DNA of 64,000 bases, taken from a virus. Below are positions 1 to 7,640 of this stretch, in pieces. Each line of letters opens with the position of its first letter. Position 1 is the stretch's first letter. Both the position numbers and the translations under genes were made by a program. A model generated the notes under the pieces. That model saw only the letters and a program-made list of their open reading frames with translations. It had not been told where the DNA came from and ran no database searches. The stretch covers positions 36,747-100,746 of the IMG/VR virus record IMGVR_UViG_3300023184_000062; one strand, written 5' to 3'.

Positions 1-78
1 TATTTGTTTTGGGGTAGCAGCATCTTCAAAATTGGTGCCGTCATAGATTCCCTGATAGGATATATATTGTAAACGCAT
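1..78 (-). CDS. 5' fragment of a gene running off the window (MRLQYISYQGIYDGTNFEDAATPKQI...), possibly GDPD/PLC-like with a degenerate HRG motif
   Basis: ATG at 78, TAAATA 4 nt upstream (83-88); ISYQG resembles the ISHRG start of GDPD-like proteins. Confidence 0.35.
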   Translation of the reverse strand, partial: MRLQYISYQGIYDGTNFEDAATPKQI

Positions 79-318
79 TTAGTATTTAGTCTTGTCAACG
101 GAAGTACGGTCTGCCGCGTTAAATATATATGCAAGACAAAAATCAACTTGATGACTACGAAACGAAACAGGATAAAAATGAATCGTTTCAGGAACAGTAT
201 TTGCCCACTAGTTATGATTGGAGATTATCCAATTGTGATGAAAGGCGTAGTGTTCCGTGTAAGATCAAAGATGAATATGTTAAGCATAAATTTCATTAAC
301 ACTAAAAGGAAACTTAAA

Positions 319-588
319 ATGAAAAAAATCGCTACTCTTATCGCTACTTTGTTAACTACTGCTGCTTTTGCAACTGAACCTGCTAAGACTCCTGCTGCAC
401 CGGCTGCTCCTGCTGTAACTGCTTCTGCTCCTGCTAAGGAAGAAATGAAGTTAGCCAAGAAGAAGGAGGACAAAAAGGCTGATGCCACCAAAAGTGCTAA
501 GCCAGCTAAACCTGCCCAAGACAAAACGGCTACAGCTAAAACTGAGCCTGCAAAACCAGCAGCGCCAGCAGTACCCGCTACTAAGTAA
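319..588 (+). CDS. Secreted Ala/Pro/Lys-rich low-complexity protein
   Basis: AAGGA SD then MKKIATLIATLLTTAAFA signal peptide; PAK/PAA repeats; the ORF-track start at 148 is likely too long. Confidence 0.75.
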   Translation: MKKIATLIATLLTTAAFATEPAKTPAAPAAPAVTASAPAKEEMKLAKKKEDKKADATKSAKPAKPAQDKTATAKTEPAKPAAPAVPATK

Positions 589-793
589 TACAATAATAGA
601 GGAGGATGATGACGATGATGGTCCAGAAGAATTGGATTATCATCGTGCATATGGTCGTCCTAAGGTTTACTATGTAGATGAAAAAGTTATAGATTTAGGT
701 GATGACCCATTATCTGATTATGTAACTGTCAGGTTAGCCCTTTCCAGAGCAAAAGCCTTGCTAAAATATAGAGAAACCTATACAATTGTATAA
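482..793 (+). CDS. Hypothetical acidic protein overlapping the upstream gene (start uncertain)
   Basis: Open frame with a protein-like C-terminal half (EEDDDDD...LSDYVTVRLALSRAKALLKYRE). Confidence 0.5.
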   Translation: MPPKVLSQLNLPKTKRLQLKLSLQNQQRQQYPLLSNTIIEEDDDDDGPEELDYHRAYGRPKVYYVDEKVIDLGDDPLSDYVTVRLALSRAKALLKYRETYTIV

Positions 794-829
794 ATACAGT
801 TAAGAGTTCTGTTTTAAAAACTCTTTAAC
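789..829 (+). promoter_or_regulatory. T4-type late promoter TATAAATA followed by a leader hairpin
   Basis: TATAAATA 789-796; GTTAAGAGTT...AACTCTTTAAC imperfect inverted repeat. Confidence 0.55.
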
Positions 830-848
830 ACACTTACACGGAGAATAT

Positions 849-1022
849 ATGTTAAACCACTTAGCGGGCTATTTTTGTAGCCTACTCAATAACTTCAGCA
901 GACCACAAACTTATGGCTCTGCATTAGAAGAATACATTGTTAGACATGCACCCCAAAATGCATGTGATGTAGACCGTCTCACCCGTCAATTTGAAATACA
1001 ACAATCTGGTAGAGGATGGTAA
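849..1022 (+). CDS. Small DUF3563-like protein (57 aa; not in the ORF track)
   Basis: GGAG SD; MLNHLAGYFCSLLNNFSRPQTYGSALEEYIVRHAPQNACDVDRLTRQFE; the LE.Y....P....DV..L.R.FE pattern resembles betaproteobacterial DUF3563. Confidence 0.6.
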   Translation: MLNHLAGYFCSLLNNFSRPQTYGSALEEYIVRHAPQNACDVDRLTRQFEIQQSGRGW

Positions 1023-1024
1023 TC

Positions 1025-1159
1025 ATGCAAGTATTAAAAGCAATATACAATTTTTTTGGTGCTATGAGACAGGCAAGAGCAGCCTCAACATTAGCACACA
1101 ATGGAGATCATAAAGGCGCACGTAAACTTATTATGTCTGACTTTAAGGGCTGGATCTAA
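1025..1159 (+). CDS. Small hypothetical protein (44 aa; not in the ORF track)
   Basis: GAGG SD; MQVLKAIYNFFGAMRQARAASTLAHNGDHKGARKLIMSDFKGWI. Confidence 0.6.
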   Translation: MQVLKAIYNFFGAMRQARAASTLAHNGDHKGARKLIMSDFKGWI

Positions 1160-1191
1160 TAACTAAATAACATACTAACAAAGGATCCATT

Positions 1192-1437
1192 ATGTTTACA
1201 CCTGATTTTTATATAGAAATGTTCCAGACCTCAAAAAGGATGGCAACTAACCAAATTTTCAAAGACGAGAGATTAAATAAGGTCGCCAACGACTTTATAG
1301 ATGCCCAAACAGTATTTGCAAAGATGATGGCAAAGAATACAATAGAGATGTTAACTTATGCTGCTGACAGCATGAGTAAAACAATTTATCCTCAAGGTGA
1401 GGATGAAACAGTCAAGGCAAAGACTGAGAAAAAATAA
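1192..1437 (+). CDS. Hypothetical helical protein, possibly phasin-like
   Basis: AAGGA SD; amphipathic helical pattern (FIDAQTVFAKMM). Confidence 0.5.
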   Translation: MFTPDFYIEMFQTSKRMATNQIFKDERLNKVANDFIDAQTVFAKMMAKNTIEMLTYAADSMSKTIYPQGEDETVKAKTEKK

Positions 1438-1474
1438 GCTATTCACACACCGACATTAACACAAGGAGATTATT

Positions 1475-1747
1475 ATGTCAGATTTCACACCAAAATTACC
1501 CGAAGTAAAATTCAACAAGAACGGTTACGAGATTCGTACCGAAATTTTAGATATGGCCAAAGGTCTTGTTTCAGAGGAATACCATTCCAAGTTTCAAGGT
1601 TGGGAAATGTCAGTTGCCAGAGATGAAAAGACTGGTAAACTAGTTACCACAGTAGGTATGCCCGAATTCCCAGGTCTAGACAAGATTTTGGAAACTGCTG
1701 AAAAGATGTATGCGTTTGTAAACCAAAACACAACTTCTAAGAAGTAA
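1475..1747 (+). CDS. Conserved phage hypothetical protein
   Basis: AAGGAG SD; KNGYEIRTEIL...AEKMYAFV. Confidence 0.7.
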   Translation: MSDFTPKLPEVKFNKNGYEIRTEILDMAKGLVSEEYHSKFQGWEMSVARDEKTGKLVTTVGMPEFPGLDKILETAEKMYAFVNQNTTSKK

Positions 1748-1766
1748 TTCTTTTACACACCGTAAT

Positions 1767-1782
1767 GCCCCTTAATTGGGGC
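1767..1782 (+). terminator. Hairpin, probable terminator
   Basis: GCCCC-TTAATT-GGGGC after the gene end. Confidence 0.5.
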
Positions 1783-1791
1783 GTTCCTACC

Positions 1792-1820
1792 TTGACAATA
1801 AATCTATTGTGTGATATACT
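1792..1820 (+). promoter_or_regulatory. sigma70-type early promoter
   Basis: TTGACA-N17-TATACT. Confidence 0.75.
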
Positions 1821-1849
1821 AACGTATATTGTATAACTATGGGTAACCC

Positions 1850-3334
1850 ATGAAAAAACTTTTATTGTTGTTGTCAGTTGTAATTGCGGGGTGTGGCGGG
1901 GGTGGTAATAGTAATACTACACCATCGTCGCCAAGTATTGCTGCACAGGGAGCCCTAATCTCCCCTGATCCGGCATTATTTTCAAATACTCCAATATTAT
2001 TACCAGACCTTAAAGCCAAGTATGATGCACTTTGTGGTAGTAATGTTAATGTACAAACTGCAATACCAATTGATTTAAACAATGACGGCAAACTAGATTT
2101 AGTATTTGATTTATGGTGCAATCACAAACCAGCGGGTGAATACTATGTAGGACCAGTACCCAACACATTGGTAGCATTTATTCAAACTTCACCTGGCGTA
2201 TTTCAAGATAAAACAAAAGATATTTTTGGATCCGATGTAGTTGATATCGGCGGTAAAAACTACGGGTATATAGTTACTGATTTGAATGGTGATGGATATG
2301 ATGACCTGGTTATGTCGTGCGATAGAGAGGACGGCAGAATCACTAATGATTATAGTTTTTCCAGTAATATGAATTGTCAAACTGTTTCTTTTATAAGCGA
2401 TGGAAGGGGGAAATACAATAAAGTTTCTTTTGGAAATACATTATGGGGAGATGATATTAAACTAATAAAAGATAAAAATGGCAATAAACAAATTATATTA
2501 TTACCAGCTGATAGTTCACCTGAGGCATGGACATACAATGGTCAATGGAATAGAGTTCCGGGATATGAATGGCTACAAAAAAATCCAGTGTTTATTCAAT
2601 CAACAAATTCAAACTCTACAACTACAATTATTAACAAATATTCTAATGGACAAAAATTAGAAATATGGAATAGTTTAAATGATGTGTGGAGTAAACTATT
2701 GGATTATTTTTATCTCTCACCTACTACAATATTACTCACAAACAGTTCAATGAATACAACTACTACCTCTATATTTAGGATTGATAATACTGATTATATT
2801 GATTACGGTGGTTTATATGAGGGATGCGCTTTAAAAAGAACAAAAGACGGACCAACCGAAGTACTATATTCATTTGTGGGAGGTACAATTCAGGGAGGAT
2901 ATACTGGTCAAACATTAACTGACACATGGAAACCACCAATCGTAAAATTAATGTCATTGGGGGTGACTACTCAAAATTTAAATATATCACCAGTGACATT
3001 AAATACAGACCAGATAGATTCAAACTTTTATCATATGACCTGCCAGGATTTAAATAACGACGGTATGGATGATGTATTAATAAGAACAACTGGCACTCCA
3101 TTAATTTATGTAAATAATGGACAAGGTAAATTTGGAAAAGTTAATTCTAATATAATACCAAAAGCACCTATAGGAGCAGCACATATCTATGTAGATATTG
3201 ACGGAGATGGAATTAAGGATTTGTTATATTTCCCAATTGATAGATGGCAATTTGGTAATTATACTAAGGTTCAGTTCTTGCTATACAGGGGAAATAGAGC
3301 AATAAAGCAAGATGATTTGGTTTTTGCTAACTAA
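1850..3334 (+). CDS. Lipoprotein with FG-GAP/VCBS repeats (beta-propeller adhesin-like)
   Basis: Lipobox IAG-C then GGGG; DLNNDGKLDL, DLNGDGYDDL, DLNNDGMDDV and DIDGDGIKDL Ca-binding repeats. Confidence 0.8.
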   Translation: MKKLLLLLSVVIAGCGGGGNSNTTPSSPSIAAQGALISPDPALFSNTPILLPDLKAKYDALCGSNVNVQTAIPIDLNNDGKLDLVFDLWCNHKPAGEYYVGPVPNTLVAFIQTSPGVFQDKTKDIFGSDVVDIGGKNYGYIVTDLNGDGYDDLVMSCDREDGRITNDYSFSSNMNCQTVSFISDGRGKYNKVSFGNTLWGDDIKLIKDKNGNKQIILLPADSSPEAWTYNGQWNRVPGYEWLQKNPVFIQSTNSNSTTTIINKYSNGQKLEIWNSLNDVWSKLLDYFYLSPTTILLTNSSMNTTTTSIFRIDNTDYIDYGGLYEGCALKRTKDGPTEVLYSFVGGTIQGGYTGQTLTDTWKPPIVKLMSLGVTTQNLNISPVTLNTDQIDSNFYHMTCQDLNNDGMDDVLIRTTGTPLIYVNNGQGKFGKVNSNIIPKAPIGAAHIYVDIDGDGIKDLLYFPIDRWQFGNYTKVQFLLYRGNRAIKQDDLVFAN

Positions 3335-3420
3335 TTTTGCTTAAAAATTAAGCAAAAAAAGGTTGACATTAATTGGATTTGGGTATATAATAGAATCTTA
3401 GACAGTAAACAAACGGAGTT
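3335..3420 (+). repeat. Copy of the conserved early promoter/leader/RBS element, with an upstream TTGCT-N9-AGCAA palindrome
   Basis: TTGACA(3363)-ttaattggatttgggta-TATAAT-agaatcttagacagt...GGAG. Confidence 0.85.
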
Positions 3421-3424
3421 AATT

Positions 3425-3652
3425 ATGAATCTCAATATCAACGATGCAATTTCTTGGACTAGTGCTGCCGGCGACCTGTCAGGTTATATCTCTAATATTT
3501 GTCTCAATCTCAATGCTGCTAATCAAGTTGTGCCCTGGATTGATGTTACATATATGCACGAAAACGGCCGTGAATGTAGTGTCCGTCTTTGCGCTACTGA
3601 ATCAAATCTCAAGGCAATGCGTGTTGCTAAACTTAACGCTGAAACTGTTTAA
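3425..3652 (+). CDS. Early hypothetical protein
   Basis: GGAG SD, directly downstream of the promoter repeat. Confidence 0.7.
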   Translation: MNLNINDAISWTSAAGDLSGYISNICLNLNAANQVVPWIDVTYMHENGRECSVRLCATESNLKAMRVAKLNAETV

Positions 3653-3662
3653 GGAGTAAATT

Positions 3663-3860
3663 ATGGCAATCGTACACAATGTTCAAATGTACCCTGTATA
3701 TGAAGGTCATATCAATGACCACAAGATCCTGACTGAGCGTGAGTTTACCGCCTATCAGGATGCTATTGACTATGTGGAGTTCTTTAACTCAACGGGAGCC
3801 CAGGGAGTCATTGCTGTCTACACTGGTGCCATTGATACAGTCTCCGGTGAAAATCTATAA
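3663..3860 (+). CDS. Early hypothetical protein
   Basis: AAGGAG SD; operonic. Confidence 0.7.
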   Translation: MAIVHNVQMYPVYEGHINDHKILTEREFTAYQDAIDYVEFFNSTGAQGVIAVYTGAIDTVSGENL

Positions 3861-3875
3861 ACTAAAGGAATTGTA

Positions 3876-4517
3876 ATGTCTCGCTTTCAAAAACCTGCTC
3901 CCCTCAATCTTAACGCTGATGATGTGTGGGCGGCTGCTTGCATGGCACAACGCCTAAATCAGGGCTACATTAAGGTTAGTGAAGATGCTCCAATGGGGCA
4001 AACAAACCGTAATCTAGTAACGCAATATCTTGCCGACACTTCAAAGATCACCGACGAGGATCGTGAACAAGGTAAAGAGGTTCGCAAATTCTATCAAGCA
4101 TATACATTCAAAATCCTTAAAGGTATCAAGTTGTCTGATTTTGACAACACCGCAATGCTACTTGCTAATCGTGAAACTATTGATACAGGGTTTGATATTG
4201 CGGTAATTACTAGTTTGCCCTCAGGCTACGTGCGTGGCATGAAACGACAAACAGTGGACCAGCGTATCGCATTCGCTACAGGCGGATTGATCGGTAGTGT
4301 AGGTGACAAAGTGTCTCCTTCTATCGAGGTCGTCAAATCCGTATTCTCGCAAACTTGGAATACACATTACATTACTGGTATTACTAGTGATGACCAAGTG
4401 TTGTTCTTTGCGTACAAACAACAACTAGAAGTGGGCAAGCAGTTTGATATTTATGGAACTGTCAAAGCACACCGTGATAATTCAACTCAACTTAACCGTG
4501 TAAAGGTAATCATATGA
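3876..4517 (+). CDS. Conserved phage protein with a C-terminal OB-fold-like domain
   Basis: C-terminal G.VG.K...GTVKAH....TQLNRVK pattern. Confidence 0.6.
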   Translation: MSRFQKPAPLNLNADDVWAAACMAQRLNQGYIKVSEDAPMGQTNRNLVTQYLADTSKITDEDREQGKEVRKFYQAYTFKILKGIKLSDFDNTAMLLANRETIDTGFDIAVITSLPSGYVRGMKRQTVDQRIAFATGGLIGSVGDKVSPSIEVVKSVFSQTWNTHYITGITSDDQVLFFAYKQQLEVGKQFDIYGTVKAHRDNSTQLNRVKVII

Positions 4518-4657
4518 AAACAAAATTGGTATTGGGAATGTTGCTATTGACTTTTATCTCAGGATGTAGTACAGTAGCGGGAGCAGTACGTGGTGTTGGC
4601 GAAGATGTCAAACAAGGTACTGATGTTATGTCAACTTGGATTAAACCAGCAAAATGA
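4514..4657 (+). CDS. Entericidin EcnA/B-like small lipoprotein (47 aa; not in the ORF track)
   Basis: MKTKLVLGMLLLTFISG-CSTVAGAVRGVGEDVKQG; lipobox plus a C.T..G.G.D motif; ATGA-coupled. Confidence 0.7.
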   Translation: MKTKLVLGMLLLTFISGCSTVAGAVRGVGEDVKQGTDVMSTWIKPAK

Positions 4658-4782
4658 AAAATTTTATATTAGGAACATTGTTCGGGATCGTTATTGCTAC
4701 TGTAGGGTTTGGCGGCGTTGCCCGTCTACTTGACAATAGTGTGAACAAAACCAAAGCAATTGTGCAAGAACAGGTCAAATAA
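4654..4782 (+). CDS. Small membrane protein (42 aa)
   Basis: ATGA-coupled; MKNFILGTLFGIVIATVGFGGVARLLD. Confidence 0.6.
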   Translation: MKNFILGTLFGIVIATVGFGGVARLLDNSVNKTKAIVQEQVK

Positions 4783-4904
4783 TGGCTTGGATAGCGGTTA
4801 TATTTTTGATTGTAACAGGTCATATTAGCGCCGCCATTTTCTTAGCAATATTAAGTTTAAGCGCCGCCATTTTCTTAGCAATATTAAGTTTACTCTTTAA
4901 TTAA
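4782..4904 (+). CDS. Small hydrophobic peptide (40 aa) with an internal 11-aa duplication
   Basis: TAATG-coupled; MAWIAVIFLIVTGHI-SAAIFLAILSL-SAAIFLAILSL-LFN. Confidence 0.5.
   Translation: MAWIAVIFLIVTGHISAAIFLAILSLSAAIFLAILSLLFN
4827..4892 (+). repeat. Perfect 33-bp tandem duplication
   Basis: AGCGCCGCCATTTTCTTAGCAATATTAAGTTTA x2. Confidence 0.95.
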
Positions 4905-4906
4905 GT

Positions 4907-5269
4907 ATGGCTAAACTAACATTGTTTCCGGGACTAGATGAAAGGGGTCGCCGCTTAGGCGAGATTCGTATCCCTACACATACCATGGAAGCATTGGATG
5001 ATTATTTTCTCAGGGGGTATGAACCCGGAAGATTTATTGTAAGCATACTTACTAACAATTTGTATGGTGCTGTGACTAGTGCGGATCTTGCCAATCGTCA
5101 TGCTATCTATGAGATAGTTAAATGGTTAACTACTGATCCAATAGTCCCCATACATAGTTGGGGTACCAAAGATCATGTATCTAATTGGTTGAGTGACACT
5201 GGTGGTATCAGGACTAAGTTTGTAGAGAAGATTGAAAAAGAATATATTTGGAAAACACTGAAAGATTAA
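4907..5269 (+). CDS. Conserved phage hypothetical protein
   Basis: Y...G..PG.F...IL.NNL..A...AD..N pattern. Confidence 0.7.
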   Translation: MAKLTLFPGLDERGRRLGEIRIPTHTMEALDDYFLRGYEPGRFIVSILTNNLYGAVTSADLANRHAIYEIVKWLTTDPIVPIHSWGTKDHVSNWLSDTGGIRTKFVEKIEKEYIWKTLKD

Positions 5270-5270
5270 T

Positions 5271-5621
5271 ATGGCAGGCTGGAATACAATTCAACAAGTT
5301 CGTAAACTAGAAGAACGAGCGGATAGTCTTGGCATGCGGTTTACTCCATACAAGCATGATGATATGTATGGTGAGAATGTAGCATTAGTGCCAAAAGATA
5401 AAGACGCATTGCCTATCTACAGCCGTGATGCTATATTATTTGCTGGCTCATTAGAACATGCCGACAGGTTTATGCAAGGTGTGTTATGGGCACGAGAATA
5501 CGACCGTATGGCCATTGATCGGAACCTTGACAAAAAGCGTGAACGCAAAGAACAAGATGAACGCAATAAGCAAATGGTTAAAATCTTAAAAGAAGAAAAA
5601 CTAAGTTTAGTACAGACATAA
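5271..5621 (+). CDS. Hypothetical protein
   Basis: Operonic ORF. Confidence 0.7.
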   Translation: MAGWNTIQQVRKLEERADSLGMRFTPYKHDDMYGENVALVPKDKDALPIYSRDAILFAGSLEHADRFMQGVLWAREYDRMAIDRNLDKKRERKEQDERNKQMVKILKEEKLSLVQT

Positions 5622-5629
5622 ATAGTGTT

Positions 5630-5848
5630 ATGCTAAAAAATGTAATTATCGCAGGGTTGTCATTCATTACAATACTGTTGTGGATGAAAGTTGATCCAGA
5701 ATGTGTCATCAACCAAGATGACCCAAATGCAGTAGTTATAGAATATCAATGCTCTAACCTTGATGATTACGAAATTGTGCCACCGGAAGTCGTAGAAGAA
5801 TGCAGAGATAGGGCAAATCAATCTACTAATCACAAAAATAATACTTGA
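5630..5848 (+). CDS. Small membrane-anchored protein; late, leaderless
   Basis: TAAATA 5 nt before ATG; N-terminal TM; stop TGA lies in the next TTGACA. Confidence 0.6.
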   Translation: MLKNVIIAGLSFITILLWMKVDPECVINQDDPNAVVIEYQCSNLDDYEIVPPEVVEECRDRANQSTNHKNNT

Positions 5849-5873
5849 CACCCTTCCTAATAAATAGTATAAT
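5845..5873 (+). promoter_or_regulatory. sigma70 promoter for the ligase operon
   Basis: TTGACA-N17-TATAAT. Confidence 0.8.
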
Positions 5874-5898
5874 ATTAGTATATATATAGGAGTTATAA

Positions 5899-7233
5899 AT
5901 GTCAGCTAGTTGGATAATCAAATTAAACGAGAGCGATAGCCGCCTTTATAAGGAAGATGTAATTCGTCAGGCATTAGAGGCGAGTGTCCTGGGTAGCACA
6001 AACGCAATCAATTTTTTAAAATTCACTAAACTTTGTTATGATCCTTATGTTACATTTGGAGTTAGACAGGTTCCTGAATCAGATGGCCTTATACATCGCG
6101 GTAATAATTGGCAAGAATTTGAAGATTTGCTATTGAAACTTAGCAGACGAGAATTATCAGGCAATGATGCGATTGATGCTGTTAAGAAAATGGCTTGGAA
6201 TTTTGATAGTGATGAATGGAACGTTTTTGTTGCACCAGTATTACGCAGGGACTTACGTGCAGGCATCAGTGATAAAACAATTAATAAAATTTGTAAGGGT
6301 ACTGAATTTGAAATACCAATCTTTGGTTGTCAACTAGCAACCACTAGTGAAAATCGTCCTGAGATGAATGGAGTTAAACGTCTTGAACCTAAACTAGATG
6401 GTGTTCGTGTATTGATGGTGGTAAAACCAAATGGCATAGGTACGGCATCAGTATCAAGTTTGAGTCGTAACGGCAAAGAATTTGAAAACTTTTCACTGAT
6501 TGAAAAACAAATTTCTGATAACTTTAAGAACATTGTCAACACCAATAAACGCACATTGAAAGATGGATTCGTTTTAGACGGTGAAGTTATCAGTAGTTCA
6601 TTTCAGGAACTAATGAAACAGGCACGTAGAAAAAAAGATGTTAATTCTGATGATAGTGTGTTTAATATTTTTGATATTATCCCTATTAATGAATTCTATA
6701 ATAGTATATATGAAGAACCATTAAGTAAGCGATTAAAGATATTAGACAAGATGCGGCCAGTAGTTGATACAATGCCCAATGTTGATTTCTTAACTAGCAT
6801 TAAAGTTAACCTTGACACTGCCGCCGGCAAAGACCAATTAGAGCGTTATGCTAAGGATATGGTTGCAGAGGGGTTTGAAGGTATTATGATTAAAGACCTT
6901 GAAGCGTATTACGAATGCAAACGTACTACCTCTTGGATGAAATGGAAGCCTACACTTACTGTAGATTTGGAGGTCATTGATGTTCAAGAGGGTACTGGTA
7001 AAAATAAAGGACGACTTGGAGCACTTGTTTGCGCCGGCCACGATCAAGGGGTCGATATTTCAGTCAATGTTGGCAGTGGGTTTACTGATGCTGCTAGAAA
7101 TGATTATTGGGATAATTGTGATAGCGTCATTGGTCGTACTGCTGAAGTCCTATGTGATGCCGTAACACAAAACAAAGACGGAACTTATAGTTTGCGTTTC
7201 CCCAGATTTGTTCGTTTCCGTGATGACAAATGA
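5899..7233 (+). CDS. ATP-dependent DNA ligase (T4 gp30-like)
   Basis: Motif I EPKLDGVR, LDGEV, EGIMIK, W.KWK, VGSGF, SLRFPRF..R.DK. Confidence 0.95.
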   Translation: MSASWIIKLNESDSRLYKEDVIRQALEASVLGSTNAINFLKFTKLCYDPYVTFGVRQVPESDGLIHRGNNWQEFEDLLLKLSRRELSGNDAIDAVKKMAWNFDSDEWNVFVAPVLRRDLRAGISDKTINKICKGTEFEIPIFGCQLATTSENRPEMNGVKRLEPKLDGVRVLMVVKPNGIGTASVSSLSRNGKEFENFSLIEKQISDNFKNIVNTNKRTLKDGFVLDGEVISSSFQELMKQARRKKDVNSDDSVFNIFDIIPINEFYNSIYEEPLSKRLKILDKMRPVVDTMPNVDFLTSIKVNLDTAAGKDQLERYAKDMVAEGFEGIMIKDLEAYYECKRTTSWMKWKPTLTVDLEVIDVQEGTGKNKGRLGALVCAGHDQGVDISVNVGSGFTDAARNDYWDNCDSVIGRTAEVLCDAVTQNKDGTYSLRFPRFVRFRDDK

Positions 7234-7239
7234 TAGAAT

Positions 7240-7449
7240 ATGAAAGAAGATATTCTTAAAGATTTAATAATTGAATCTGGGTTTGCCAGAATAATTAATC
7301 ATCCTACTTCACCGACCGGTACACATATTTTTATTGATCCTGAAATTCAAAATAAAGCAGAAAAACTTTCCGAGTTGGTTATAAAAGAATGTATTAGTAT
7401 AGTAGGTAAAAAATTTGGTGATCAAATAAGTAAACATTTTGGAGTATAA
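7240..7449 (+). CDS. Member of the 'KFAELIV...HFGV' small paralog family
   Basis: EKLSELVIKECI...ISKHFGV. Confidence 0.65.
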   Translation: MKEDILKDLIIESGFARIINHPTSPTGTHIFIDPEIQNKAEKLSELVIKECISIVGKKFGDQISKHFGV

Positions 7450-7451
7450 CA

Positions 7452-7637
7452 ATGGCATTATTTGCAGTAGGTGATAAAGTAGAAAAAGTTAGTGGGTACA
7501 AATGGCCCGGTATCGTTGTATCAGTATTTGATACACTTGACGGTCAACGCAGAGTTGTTGTAGAATGTACTACTCCAGAAGTAGCAGGTGCTTTGCACAT
7601 CTACAACGAAGGTCAATTAAGAATTTCTTTGGAGTAA
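7452..7637 (+). CDS. SH3-fold protein resembling type II (R67/DfrB) dihydrofolate reductase
   Basis: F.VGDKV.K.SG..W.G.VV...VVE...G.LHIY...L aligns by eye with R67 ([21 protein letters not shown]...AVES...GSVQIY). Confidence 0.6.
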   Translation: MALFAVGDKVEKVSGYKWPGIVVSVFDTLDGQRRVVVECTTPEVAGALHIYNEGQLRISLE

Positions 7638-7640
7638 ATC

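Noticed and set aside
225-650. Antisense 141-aa hydrophobic ORF (and similarly 15776-16144)
   Set aside because: Shadow frames of Ala/Pro/Lys-rich genes; no SD or promoter support
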